A DNA stretch of 49,510 nt, counting the filler, from Stramenopiles sp. TOSAG23-2 (taxonomy: Eukaryota): the NCBI GenBank assembly GCA_900128395.1. It is 2 parts of 2 records of this genome, joined end to end, with 100 filler letters (N's around TTAATTAATTAA, not from the genome) between each part and the next. Parts side by side here need not be neighbours in the genome. Positions count along the whole stretch, not along the records: positions 1 to 24,808 come from LT649460.1; positions 24,909 to 49,510 come from LT649461.1. One strand, written 5' to 3'. Position 1 is the first letter of the stretch, and each line of letters opens with the position of its first letter. The position numbers and the translations under genes were made by a program. The notes beneath the pieces are model-generated. The model saw only the letters and a list, made by a program, of their open reading frames with translations, had not been told where the DNA came from and ran no database searches. This document shows positions 22,007 through 33,316 of this stretch, piece after piece.

Positions 22007-22580
22007 TATATATAATAATAACGTGTAGCAGTATGGGAATTTGTGGAAAACTGATTTAATCCATATTTGGTATTATTTCGGATAATACTAGAAAGTAGAC
22101 GTTAAAATTGACAGACAGTGTTTTTATACATACAAGACAAATATATGTGGGAAGGTGGGAGAAGGGAATGGTAGATATGTGTGATCTATATCTATCCGTT
22201 TGGAATATTGTACATATATAGAACAATAGAGAGAATAAAACGTTATCAGTATTTCTCTGATATATATAATAATAACGTGTAGCAGTATGGGAATTTGTGG
22301 AAAACTGATTTAATCAATATTTGGTATTATTTCGTATAATACTAGAAAGTAGACGTTAAAATTGACTGACAGTGTTTTTATACATACAAGACAAATAAAA
22401 AATAAATATGTGGGAAGGTGGGAAGGGAATGGTAGATATGTGATCTATATGTATCCGTCTAGATTATTGTACATATATAGAACAATAGAGAGAATAAAAC
22501 GTTATCAGTATTTCTCTGTCTTATTGTACATATATAGAACAATAGAGAGAATAAAACGTTATCAGTATTTCTCTGTCTGT
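22007..22580. repeat. Imperfect ~253-bp tandem duplication plus an additional ~58-bp sub-duplication
   Basis: tatatataataataacgtgtagcagtatgggaatttgtggaaaactg... occurs at ~22007 and ~22261; attgtacatatatagaacaatagagagaataaaacgttatcagtatttctctg occurs three times. Confidence 0.9.
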
Positions 22581-22702
22581 AATAGGTTTTCTTTTTTTTT
22601 TGAAAGTTATTTGAAATTTTTATTTTTACCATCATCACATTTTTGATAATTTATTAGTATATAATATTATCTTAAAAAAAAACATATTAATAATATAGAA
22701 GC

Positions 22703-23898
22703 ATGGAAAAAATACAACCAACTGGGTTTCAACATTTATTAAAAAGTAAACGACATGCACCAGAAAATAGACGAAAAATACATCATTCCAATTCACCGAA
22801 GAAAAAATTATACAATAACAATAATGATAATAATAATAATAATACAATGTTAGATACAACAAATATTAATAAAAATACATCTTCCCATCGTTTTGTACGT
22901 ATGTTAATAGATGCTGTTAATAAAATGCATGATAGTAAAATAACACATGAAAAAATAAGTGAATATAATTTAGCATTGATATTATGTCATAAAATCAATG
23001 CGTTGTTTACCGTACAACAAACATTTGTAGATGCAGAAAAATTAGCACAAACTATGTATAGTGAAGAATTTGCTAATTGTATAATAGATGTAAGTATATA
23101 TATATTAAAATAAATCAACAACATCAAAAATATAAAACTAACTTTATTTACTATAACTTTATTTTATATATATATATATCGATATATTAGATATTAATTG
23201 AAGGTGGTGATTTAGCATATATACCTGGTCAATTATTAGTATATTTAACAATGAATGATAATTGTGTTGATTATTTATTAAAAGATGATATTATTGCAGT
23301 TATATGTGGCGTATTACGTGTTGGGGAAAGACGTTTTAGTACGATTGGTATTACTATATTTAGAAATTTAGCTGATTTTTGTAATTCAAAAGTATTTTTT
23401 GCATCAAAAATGCGTAGTCGAACAAATGTATTGAAATTAATGTTACAACGATATGTAAATGATGGTAATAATAGTAACAACAACAACGTTGATGATGGTA
23501 ATAATAGTAAGAACAAGAAGGATTCAAATATTGACATCGATCAAACGATGTATAGTTTTTATAATACAAATATTGTGTTAGAAATATTAATCTTAATTGA
23601 ATATATTATTTCAGCAACTACATCACGTTCCCATATCGATGAATTACGTGATATTGTACAAGAAACCATTATTATCAATCAACAACGATCAATAGAGGAA
23701 GAAGAAGAACAAGAGAGTAATAGTAATTTTAATAATAACAACGACATGATATTTTTAAATAATCAAGAGGTATTACAAATGGCATATAAAATAACAAAAA
23801 ATGCTGATAATCGTAAACATCATGTTACAAAAGATGTTGATTATGAAAAAGCAAATAAATCAAGAAGGAAAGATGGTTATGCAGCAGCGAATATTTAA
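22703..23898 (+). CDS. Helical (ARM-like) hypothetical protein, ~364 aa; exon 22703-23089, intron 23090-23190, exon 23191-23898
   Basis: GTAAGT at 23090, CTAAC near 23138 and TAG at 23188-23190 give an in-frame join CIID|ILIEGGDL...MNDNC of the two tracked ORFs. Confidence 0.75.
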
Positions 23899-23967
23899 GC
23901 TCTGGAAAATATGGAGACACAGACGACATTTATTAAAAAGTGACCCTGTGAGATATGTGAGAACTGA

Positions 23968-24133
23968 TGATACACTGACACCTGACATTGTGAAAGAGTA
24001 ATTAAGATTTCAAAGTTCAAAAAAAGTAACTTTTAAGAGACTGATACACACATGATACACTGACACCTGACATTGTGAAAGAGTAATTAAGATTTCAAAG
24101 TTCAAAAGTAACTTTTAAGAGACTGATACACAC
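23968..24133. repeat. ~83-bp tandem duplication
   Basis: tgatacactgacacctgacattgtgaaagagtaattaagatttcaaagttcaaaa...gtaacttttaagagactgatacacaca occurs twice. Confidence 0.9.
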
Positions 24134-24318
24134 ATATTACACACATCACACATGGCACCACGAACCACGAGAGAGGAGAGAGAAATGCGGTACTCAACAA
24201 CGCCCCATCATGATGCCACATCAGAGAGAGAGGAGAGACAAATGTTCGTGTGTGAGAGAGAAAGACAGAAAATGTACACAATATTGTATAATTTATAATA
24301 AAGAATAAAGTAAGAGTG

Positions 24319-24808
24319 TCAATCATTTAAATCACCATTACCTCCTCCTACATGTCTACCATTTCCATCATAACAATTTGCTTTTCCACCTTTTGAACGT
24401 ATAAGATCAATGATCTCTTGTTTAATTGGACTATCATTATANNNNNNNNNNNNNNNNNNNNNNNNNNNNNNNNNNNNNNNNNNNNNNNNNNNNNNNNNNN
24501 NNNNNNNNNNNNNNNNNNNNNNNNNNNNNNNNNNNNNNNNNNNNNNNNNNNNNNNNNNNNNNNNNNNNNNNNNNNNNNNNNNNNNNNNNNNNNNNNNNNN
24601 NNNNNNNNNNNNNNNNNNNNNNNTTATTAATACTATCAAGAGACATATGAGTTAATAACAATTCAATCAACTCAGTAGTCGTTCTGTTATATGCTGCTAA
24701 ATGTAATGCATTCCCTCCATCACTACGTGCAATATTAGGATCAGCTTCACCTCGTTCAATTAAATATTTAACTATGTGGAAATGTTCTTTGTATGTAGCT
24801 GCCATTAA
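24319..24808 (-). CDS. Ankyrin-repeat protein (partial, interrupted by assembly gaps)
   Basis: LMAATYKEHFHIVKYLIERGEADPNIARSDGGNALHLAAYN...LIELLL are ankyrin consensus repeats; C-terminus IKQEIIDLIRSKGGKAN...GNGDLND. N-runs lie within and upstream. Confidence 0.85.
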
Positions 24809-24908
24809 NNNNNNNNNNNNNNNNNNNNNNNNNNNNNNNNNNNNNNNNNNNNTTAATTAATTAANNNNNNNNNNNNNNNNNNNNNNNNNNNNNNNNNNNN
24901 NNNNNNNN
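24442..24908. other. Three scaffold gaps (N-runs) within the ankyrin gene
   Basis: N-runs at 24442-24623, 24809-24852 and 24864-24908. Confidence 0.99.
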
Positions 24909-25219
24909 TGCTATTCCATGCTAACGTATCGTTCTCTAAAAAAAATTGACTGGGCTGGCCTGCCCAGCCTGCTGGGCCTGGCCAGCCAGCCAGCTATAGC
25001 TATATTATTGTCGTCTATTTTGTCAATCTCACCTCTCACTGTGTTTTGCCAAATATCATAATTTATATATATACAATCACAGAATCAAATCAACATACCG
25101 TATATTGAAATATATGAATACATTGATCCGATCCTTTCCATCGATTAATATAAATAAATCTCTATCATTACATAATAGAATAGATTACGTGTACATAGAT
25201 AATCGTAAAAGAAAAACAC

Positions 25220-26149
25220 ATGAAGAAAGTATCACATATAAATATAAATTGTTCAAATTTATACACATCTATCCAATTTTATAGTAATTTAGGTTTTCAA
25301 ATAAATGGAAATATACTTGAAGAGAAAGCAACGAAAAAAATATTATTACAAAAAAAATCAACATTTAAAGGTGAACAAAATCCAGCTTTATTATTAATAG
25401 AATATTTAATCAGCAATGATGATGGTACTAATACTAAAAAAATTCCTGGAATTCAAGAAGGTTATGTACCAGGAATTGCGCGCATGGCACTATGGGTTTT
25501 AAATATTAAAGATGAACAAAAAAGGCTACGTAACCTTGGTATTAATACTTTCATTACCAAGCCGATAACAGATACACCACCAGGATCTCGCACCGCAACA
25601 ACTATTGTTGCATTACGAGATCCAGATAATGTCATGGTAGAATTAGTAGAACTTCCTGGTGTGAGAAAATATCCATTTTTTGTACATGTAAATATTAATG
25701 TGACGAATTATAAACGTAGTTGGAAATTTTATAATGAAATATTAGGATTTCAAATAAATGCTTATTTAGGTGCAGTTGAAAATTCATTTTACAAAACATT
25801 ACAAATTCCAGATCCTGGTCTTGCAAGAAATGTTGCATTAATAAAATTAGATGGCAATCCTTCATTTAATATTGATTTAATTGAATGGAGAAATCCACAA
25901 ACAAGTGGTATTGCACCTAAAAATGATCCAAATACATTAGGCATGATTGGTATAACAATTGAATGTGAGACGTTTCAAATATTTAGAGATCAAGTTGATT
26001 TAATGATGAAACATTCATCATCTGGAAAAAATGTTGTACAACAAATTGTATTACCGAGTATTGGTACATGTGATTCATTTATTACAACAGATTTAGATGG
26101 TACCACGATTGAATTGATTTATATAAAACATTTGAATAATAAATTGTAA
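25220..26149 (+). CDS. Two-domain VOC/glyoxalase-bleomycin resistance family protein, 309 aa; possible PTS1-like NKL end
   Basis: HININCSNLYTSIQFYSNLGF...LRDPDNVMVELVE and HVNINVTNYKRSWKFYNEILGF...TDLDGTTIELI. Confidence 0.88.
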   Translation: MKKVSHININCSNLYTSIQFYSNLGFQINGNILEEKATKKILLQKKSTFKGEQNPALLLIEYLISNDDGTNTKKIPGIQEGYVPGIARMALWVLNIKDEQKRLRNLGINTFITKPITDTPPGSRTATTIVALRDPDNVMVELVELPGVRKYPFFVHVNINVTNYKRSWKFYNEILGFQINAYLGAVENSFYKTLQIPDPGLARNVALIKLDGNPSFNIDLIEWRNPQTSGIAPKNDPNTLGMIGITIECETFQIFRDQVDLMMKHSSSGKNVVQQIVLPSIGTCDSFITTDLDGTTIELIYIKHLNNKL

Positions 26150-26489
26150 TATAATTATAAATAAATATAAAATATTCCATCACCCACAACTTCTTTTTTT
26201 ATATTAAACTCCCTTAAATTACTATGGATGATCATGTTTAAGGTGCATCATCGACGAATGATGAATGTGATTCTCTCAACAACAACACAAATTCAAATTT
26301 TAAAATTACAAACTCTATATATTTAATAACGGAAGAGTTGAGAGAGAGAGAAAAAGAAGAAGTGTTTAGATTGAAATCAATAGTGTTAATACAAGAGATT
26401 ATTCGTATTAGTATTATTATTATTATTATTATTATATATAGATATATAATCATTCATACACCCATTAATAATATCCAAAAACAATAAAC

Positions 26490-28091
26490 ATGCCGATGAC
26501 ATGGACATACAAGCTAATTAAAACATTATTTAAAATGACATCTGGTGCATTTTATGCTACTATTGAGCTGCGTGGCGAGGAAAACATACCAAAACCAGGG
26601 GAAGCATGTATACTATGTTTCAATCATGGTAATGGTTTAGCAGATCCGAAATTAATTATACGTGCAACACCTCGCATGGTACGTTTCTGTGCCAAAGATA
26701 CATTGTGGAAAATTCCAATCATGGGAACCTTCATTGCAAATAGTGGTGCAGTTCCTGTATATCGTCGACGAGACCATAAAGGTAAAAATACCAAAGAGTT
26801 AAATGCTATTATGTTCAAAAATGTATACGATGCACTTGGACGTGGAGAAATGATAGGAATAGCACCGGAAGGTGTATCGAGGTTTTTGCCATTTATGGCT
26901 GAGCCATTGAAAACTGGTCCTGCGCGCATGGCATTAGCAGCAGTTGAGTTGCATATGGAAAAGGATGAAAATTATCAAATTAAACTATTACCAACTTGTA
27001 TTACTTTTACACATCGTGAAAAATTTAGAAGTGATGTTGTTTTAATATATAGTGATCCTATCATTGTTGATAAAACATGGATTAATAATCCAAAGCGTTT
27101 TCCTACACATGAAGATGCAGTGAAAGAATTGACAAGATTATTAGGTGCTAGCATGAAAGCAAGTACCATTAATTGCCCAGATTGGGAAACAACACAAGTA
27201 GCATTGACAGCTGCACGTATACATCGACCTTTAGGGACGAAAATAAGTTTAGGTGATTATGTATTGCATTTACGTAGCTGGGTGGAATTTTTAAAACCAC
27301 CATCAAATGGTGTAGATGATGCTGGAAATGCCATCATAGAATATGATAAGATAGCTCCAGATGTGAAATATTTGCGAGAAAAATTAATTGAATATCAAAC
27401 ATTTTTAAATTCAAAGAAAATTAAAGATGATCGTGTTCGTAAAATTGAATTTCAAGGTCGAATGCCACGATGGGTTATCTTTTTACGTATGATACAAACA
27501 GGTATGTTAGCATTTGTATTATTTATATGTGCATTGCCTGGTTTAGTAGTATGGACACCATCATGGTTCTTAATACGTCGTGCGGAAAGAAATTTATTGG
27601 CAAAAGGTCCAAGATGGAATGATTCAGTAGCAGAGATGAAAATGTTATATGGATTTTTATCAACAATAGCATTGTTTGTTTTATCTGCTATTTTTGTTAA
27701 TTGGAAAGCATTGCTTTTACCAATTGTTTTATGGTTTACCATACGTTTTTATGAAGATGGTATTGCAGCTGCAAGAGATTTTTATTCATTATATAAATTA
27801 TTATTTTTATATGATACAACGATGGAAAAAATGAGAAGTATGCGAAAAGAATGTGTAGCATTAGTAACAAAATTGTCGTTGAAATCCGTTGAAATTAAAA
27901 GAAATAAAAGTGCAGACAATGCTATTGATAGCTGGACGGAACGTGATGAAAATATTCCATGGTATGATCCATATTGGTTTGATATGCCATGGACGAAATT
28001 TTTAATTAATTTTATTATGCGTAGACAAAAGAAAGATTGGAACGAAGTGTTACGATTTAATGATCATAATACGATGAATTATGTGGAATAA
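26490..28091 (+). CDS. Glycerol-3-phosphate/lysophospholipid acyltransferase (PlsC-type domain plus C-terminal TM helices), 533 aa
   Basis: NHGNGLAD (HX4D), FCAKDTLW, GAVPVYRRRD, IAPEGVS and LKTGPARMAL motifs; hydrophobic helices in the C-terminal half. Confidence 0.92.
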   Translation: MPMTWTYKLIKTLFKMTSGAFYATIELRGEENIPKPGEACILCFNHGNGLADPKLIIRATPRMVRFCAKDTLWKIPIMGTFIANSGAVPVYRRRDHKGKNTKELNAIMFKNVYDALGRGEMIGIAPEGVSRFLPFMAEPLKTGPARMALAAVELHMEKDENYQIKLLPTCITFTHREKFRSDVVLIYSDPIIVDKTWINNPKRFPTHEDAVKELTRLLGASMKASTINCPDWETTQVALTAARIHRPLGTKISLGDYVLHLRSWVEFLKPPSNGVDDAGNAIIEYDKIAPDVKYLREKLIEYQTFLNSKKIKDDRVRKIEFQGRMPRWVIFLRMIQTGMLAFVLFICALPGLVVWTPSWFLIRRAERNLLAKGPRWNDSVAEMKMLYGFLSTIALFVLSAIFVNWKALLLPIVLWFTIRFYEDGIAAARDFYSLYKLLFLYDTTMEKMRSMRKECVALVTKLSLKSVEIKRNKSADNAIDSWTERDENIPWYDPYWFDMPWTKFLINFIMRRQKKDWNEVLRFNDHNTMNYVE

Positions 28092-28302
28092 AAAAGTGTG
28101 CATCATATATAATGTGTGTGTGTGTGGGTACCGTTAAAAAATATCTTTGTTTAAAATATATATATATACGAAAGACGTAAAATTTAAAAAATGAAAAAAA
28201 ATGCGAGGCACGCGACTCGTAGATTTAAAAAGAGTACCAAAACCTCTTCTCTGCTGGAAGTACGCCTCGTACATTTTATATTCAAATAATATTTTAATTA
28301 TC

Positions 28303-28917
28303 TTACATCTCAAAATCACAAGGTTCAAAACATTTGGTTTCATTCACATCAAAAATTGATGGATCTGGTTTTTTTAATATAAATTTTCCAAATGTATATT
28401 CACTACCATCACGGCCATCATGCAATCTAATACCTTCTTGTTTTTCATCATCAGTTGTATAATAAATAAAGCCATTTGGCATGATAGATTGTGGCGATAA
28501 CCATTGTTGAGTTTTTATTGATGTATAACCAGTTGCCATATCATCTAACACTAACGTAGAATTATATTTCCAGGATTCATACACAGTTGGTGCTGTTGGA
28601 CCAAATGGTTGCATTTTACAACAAATATTTTGCGATTTTGAATACATGATGAAAGAATCTTTAATAAAAAAGGCAGTACATTCATGATCATGGCCTACTT
28701 TTGGGCAAAAACATCTTGTATGATCAATACGTTCAGCTTTTAGTGACCAATCATAATTAATTGTACCAATACTCATAGGTACTCCGTTTAATTGTGTGTA
28801 GTTAAATTCTACAACAAATTCATTTGGCCATGATGGCCCAGTTATAAATGCATATGATTGGGGTATAACAATAATAATAAGTGATACCAAATAACAATAG
28901 AGCGTTGATGTCATCAT
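28303..28917 (-). CDS. Secreted ependymin-related (EPDR-like) protein, 204 aa
   Basis: Signal peptide; PSWPNEF...GTINYDWSLKAERIDH, CC..P motif, C-terminal PDPSIFDV...C...C typical of ependymin-like lipid-binding proteins. Confidence 0.65.
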   Translation of the reverse strand: MMTSTLYCYLVSLIIIVIPQSYAFITGPSWPNEFVVEFNYTQLNGVPMSIGTINYDWSLKAERIDHTRCFCPKVGHDHECTAFFIKDSFIMYSKSQNICCKMQPFGPTAPTVYESWKYNSTLVLDDMATGYTSIKTQQWLSPQSIMPNGFIYYTTDDEKQEGIRLHDGRDGSEYTFGKFILKKPDPSIFDVNETKCFEPCDFEM

Positions 28918-29157
28918 TTTTGATTAATATATTACGCGGTAATTAAAAAAAGTTTTTATATCTCTCCTATTTTTACTTCCTTTTGCACATTTATCTTATT
29001 GTATTAAAAACTTCTGTTTCTTCATTTTTAACTTTTTAACCAAACTTTTGGTCGGTGGAATACTTCTTTCTAATTCTGGTATTCTGAATTGTAATTATTT
29101 TCCTATCAAAAAATCGAGACGTTAAAATATTATTGGGACACATTAAAACATAAGGAT

Positions 29158-29766
29158 TTGCACATCAATCAGATAATTGCAAAACATAAAAAAGAAATAG
29201 AAAAATTAAATGATAATTTAACAATAAAATTAAAAAAGGAACAATTTAAAATTATAAATGAAACAACAAAGAAAATAGAAGCATCAACGGTGAATAAAAA
29301 GAGATATGAAGAATTACAAAAGGAAATGGAAAAATTGAAATTAATTTTAGAAAAGAAAAAAAAAATCATTAAAAATATGGTGCGTTTACATAATGAATCT
29401 TCTAAAACTTTTGAAAGAGAAAAACAAATAGAATTGAAAAAGATAAAAGATCGACATAAAAAAGAGCTTGCGATGACAATAGAAGAAATTGAACGTGCTG
29501 CCATGGATGCAGTAAAAAATGTACATATGGCACATATAGATGATGATAATAATAGTTATTATGAAGATGATGATTCAGAATATGAGGATATGGCATTCCA
29601 TATTGTGCGGAAACTACCGTTTGAAATTGGTTCAGCTGAAGGTTTGTGGCCGATTCCTCCCGAAGAACAACTTGGGGATGGGAACAAAGCAATGCAACAA
29701 TTGAAAAATCCAATTCCAATCCAATCCCCAAATAGCAAACGACGTTTAAGTTTGCATCAAATGTAA
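29158..29766 (+). CDS. Coiled-coil protein; 5' end unclear (no ATG at ORF start)
   Basis: K/E-rich heptad ORF. The tracked start is TTG, so this is probably a 3' exon or a truncated gene. Confidence 0.5.
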   Translation: MHINQIIAKHKKEIEKLNDNLTIKLKKEQFKIINETTKKIEASTVNKKRYEELQKEMEKLKLILEKKKKIIKNMVRLHNESSKTFEREKQIELKKIKDRHKKELAMTIEEIERAAMDAVKNVHMAHIDDDNNSYYEDDDSEYEDMAFHIVRKLPFEIGSAEGLWPIPPEEQLGDGNKAMQQLKNPIPIQSPNSKRRLSLHQM

Positions 29767-29785
29767 ATCTTTATCATGGTATATT

Positions 29786-29822
<37 letters not shown>

Positions 29823-30301
29823 TATTCTTTAATTATAAAATATTTCAAAATATTTAATATATATACAAGGCATTATAAAAAACTATATCCTTCTCGTGCG
29901 GCCTCTAGCTCTTCTTGAACCTGTTATAAATATAATATGATTATTAATTATATGATATATTGTATTTTTCCCCCGAACTGGTTTCAGTTTATTTTAAGGA
30001 CAATACAATATATAGTTGTATGTAATATGAAATAGGGGGTAAATAATATTACATGAATTTGTTTCCAATATAGGCCTCCTAGAATAAATAATTCATCCCA
30101 ATTCTGCATTCCCCCCCCACACAAGACTGTCTTCTCCCAATAATGATGAAATATAATTGTTTTTTATATATTTATAGTGATGTACACACACACACACACA
30201 TGTTGCAAAATACATGTCAATATATAAATATATATATAGGTATACATGTACAGTCGTCTATAGAAAATATAAACATTATATTATAATAATAATTAAAAAA
30301 A

Positions 30302-31348
30302 ATGTATACTACTAATGGCATATCTAATAAATTTATAAACGTTGTTGTGATAATATGTTTTATTGATAGTATTATTGCAGTATCGTCGTTTTCGTTACGG
30401 AATGGCGGTGGTCAAAGCAACTCATACACACCTCAAGCGAATCCTGTTGCACCAAAACCTGATGGGATGTTCTTTCCAAAAAATCAAAATGAAATGGAAC
30501 AACCAAAAGGTGGGTCGATTGAAAGTTTATTTTCAGATCATGCAGAAGCACCTTTAGCACATAGAGATGTTTATCCTAAACAACAATTGCCAACACCAAC
30601 AACAAAGAAAGGTGTTAATAATACGTTGTCTTCATCTGATCAAGTACACCATTATGGAAACACACCTTCAGTCAATATTACAAATGTAATGGATGTTGGA
30701 ACTGGTGAAAAAAAGAAAAATGTCACTGCAAGTATTCCTAAATTGAAAAATGAAAAACCAGTTGGCGCAATGAACGCATTAAAAGAGGAATTAGTAGAGG
30801 AACATGGGAAGTTACCAAAAGCACATGCCAGTGATGATACATCAAAAGATGATGATGGTAGTGGTAGTAATAATAAAGGAAAAGGAAACAAAAAACCTAA
30901 AGAAGATCCGGCATGGAAATTTATGATGAGTAATATTAAAAAAGACGAAGCACCTGCAACGCCAGTGCAATTGCCGCAATTAGATGAAAAGCCACCAGTA
31001 CAACAACCACAACAACAACAACAACCACAACAACAACAACCACCACAACAACAACCACCACCGCAGCAACAACCGCAAAAACCACAAAAACCACCACCGA
31101 TGGCTGCACCAACACAATCCCAAGCTGTGCAACAACAGCCGCAGCAACCTATGGCGGCTGCACCACCAACACCATCACAAGCTGTGCCACAAAAACCACC
31201 TATGGAAAATGCCCCACCACCTCAAAAAACAGATACACCACCTGTGCAGCAACAAACTCCATCTGCCTTGAGGAGTAATAAACCGTCTTCTCCTCCACCA
31301 CTTTCTGATGTGAGAGGTATTATCAATGAATTTAAAGGCATGGATTGA
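30302..31348 (+). CDS. Secreted Pro/Gln-rich low-complexity protein, 348 aa
   Basis: Hydrophobic N-terminal segment FINVVVIICFIDSIIAVSSFSLR; PQ-rich repeats in the C-terminal third. Confidence 0.7.
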   Translation: MYTTNGISNKFINVVVIICFIDSIIAVSSFSLRNGGGQSNSYTPQANPVAPKPDGMFFPKNQNEMEQPKGGSIESLFSDHAEAPLAHRDVYPKQQLPTPTTKKGVNNTLSSSDQVHHYGNTPSVNITNVMDVGTGEKKKNVTASIPKLKNEKPVGAMNALKEELVEEHGKLPKAHASDDTSKDDDGSGSNNKGKGNKKPKEDPAWKFMMSNIKKDEAPATPVQLPQLDEKPPVQQPQQQQQPQQQQPPQQQPPPQQQPQKPQKPPPMAAPTQSQAVQQQPQQPMAAAPPTPSQAVPQKPPMENAPPPQKTDTPPVQQQTPSALRSNKPSSPPPLSDVRGIINEFKGMD

Positions 31349-31641
31349 ATGTCAGTATGCCGGGCACATGGAGAAGAGGGTGTAATTTAATAAAACAAAA
31401 AATTATATACTGCACTGAATGCTTCGTAAAAAATGTGTATTTCACATGAAACAGACGAAGTCCAATGTATTTAAAGTTTTAAAAATATTAAATTCTATTT
31501 TTTATTTTGCTCTTAATATAATATTCTACAAAGTTCGGTACAATCAAAATTAAATCATTTTATAAAATTACACCTCTCGGCGCTTCTATTTTAATCTATC
31601 TCCACAATACGAACATCGTCTCTCTCTCTATAACATTTCTT

Positions 31642-33006
31642 TCAATCAAAGAATCGTTGTGGCATTCTTCTTTTTCGACTATTATTACAAAACCGCAATC
31701 TCAAATAACTACCTTTGCGAAAAGCTGATATAATTACTAATATTCCAAATACAAATGCAATGACTTGAAAATATTGTATTGACTTATCAATATGAACATG
31801 AAGATCATTTTTATTTACAACTTTCATCCCTGTTTTAGAATCTATTTCTGTTAATGTCCATATGTCATTAAAATATAATGATGGCCCATAACTTTCACCG
31901 CCAAATAATACATATGTATTCAATGTAGAAATATAACTCATCGTATGTCTATATCTATGTATTGGGATCTCTTTTTTTTTCTTTTTTATGACTGTAATTT
32001 TATTCCAACTATTTTTAATTATATCATATCTCCACACATCGCCAAAACATTTACATGCAGGTTTACAGTTGGCCCCACCATATAAAATTAAGCCTAATTT
32101 CTTATTACTATTGTGTAAAACTAAACTTGAATGGCTTAATCTACCTGGTGAAACAAATGATGATTTTATTTGTTTCCAATTTTTCATATTTATATCATAC
32201 AACCATAAATCATTCAATGATTGGGAACATGAGAATCTTAATTTACACTTTAGAGTATTTAATTTATATGTCCCACCAAATATATACATATTATGTTTTG
32301 ATATAACAGATGAATGTCCATAACGTGGTTGTGGCATCATATGTGTATTTATATCATTATTATTGTTAACAAGATCATTTTGTCCTCCTCTAACAATTAT
32401 TTTTGTCCAAAAATTTCCATCTATATCATATTTATAAAGGTCATTATTTACAAAGGTTTTATTGTTTATTCCAAACGGTGCTATCAATCCTCCAAAAATA
32501 AGCATTGAATTGCCTTCTACAATATACGAAGCTGTATGGCCAGAACGTGGTGCCGGTACAAAATTATGATTTGCATTTTTCTTTTGAATCCATTCAAAAT
32601 TTTCCAAAAACCATAAATCGTTCATATATGAACCAAAAATATAGCTGCCTCCAATACCTTTATTTTTCATTTCTTGATTTGATTGATATCTTAAACCACC
32701 ATCATTACCGCCAAATAAAATAGAGACAGAATTTTTCGTTGTAATCAACGATGCGCTGTATCTTGCAGAAGGTGTCTCTTTGCTTTTAATTTCATTGACC
32801 TCCATAGTTTCTAAATTAATTAACCATGAATCTTTCAACCAAGTTGGTTTACCTTTATTATAATTATATCCACCAAAAATCAATAAGCATTGTGCATTAT
32901 TATTATTATTATTATTTATTTTACATTTATTAACTGATGTAGAGTGACTGTACCGAACTGCTATTTTATCCGATTTTACTTGCTGTTGCCAACTCCATTC
33001 TGTCAT
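31642..33006 (-). CDS. Kelch-repeat beta-propeller protein with C-terminal TM helix, 454 aa
   Basis: Six R-x-[SG]-H/A...IFGG...ND[LI]W repeats; TM YFQVIAFVFGILVIISAF followed by a basic tail. Confidence 0.9.
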   Translation of the reverse strand: MTEWSWQQQVKSDKIAVRYSHSTSVNKCKINNNNNNNAQCLLIFGGYNYNKGKPTWLKDSWLINLETMEVNEIKSKETPSARYSASLITTKNSVSILFGGNDGGLRYQSNQEMKNKGIGGSYIFGSYMNDLWFLENFEWIQKKNANHNFVPAPRSGHTASYIVEGNSMLIFGGLIAPFGINNKTFVNNDLYKYDIDGNFWTKIIVRGGQNDLVNNNNDINTHMMPQPRYGHSSVISKHNMYIFGGTYKLNTLKCKLRFSCSQSLNDLWLYDINMKNWKQIKSSFVSPGRLSHSSLVLHNSNKKLGLILYGGANCKPACKCFGDVWRYDIIKNSWNKITVIKKKKKEIPIHRYRHTMSYISTLNTYVLFGGESYGPSLYFNDIWTLTEIDSKTGMKVVNKNDLHVHIDKSIQYFQVIAFVFGILVIISAFRKGSYLRLRFCNNSRKRRMPQRFFD

Positions 33007-33316
33007 ATTATTATATAGATCTAGATATGGACTTTAGATCTCCCTCTATGCTATAGATGGCGAAGAAAAATTAGGTAAATCTCTGTAAGTGTGTATTTTT
33101 TTAATGTCTTTTTATAAATGTGTAAAGAAGATAAAGATATTATTATTATTTTGTGTATTATTATTATTGTATAATAAATATTGGTATTATTAGTATTATT
33201 ATATTATAGAATTACACACACACATTTATTTATGAAGAAGAACATCTCACATCACTATGCAGACACCAAAATCCAAATATCAATTTTCTGTTGTAGGAAT
33301 GAAATTATCAATCAAA

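Noticed and set aside
24410-24655. ORFs made mostly of X
   Set aside because: Artefacts of N-runs.
29788-29820. (GT)n, (CA)n and (TA)n tracts throughout the window
   Set aside because: Ordinary microsatellites typical of this genome's UTRs and introns.
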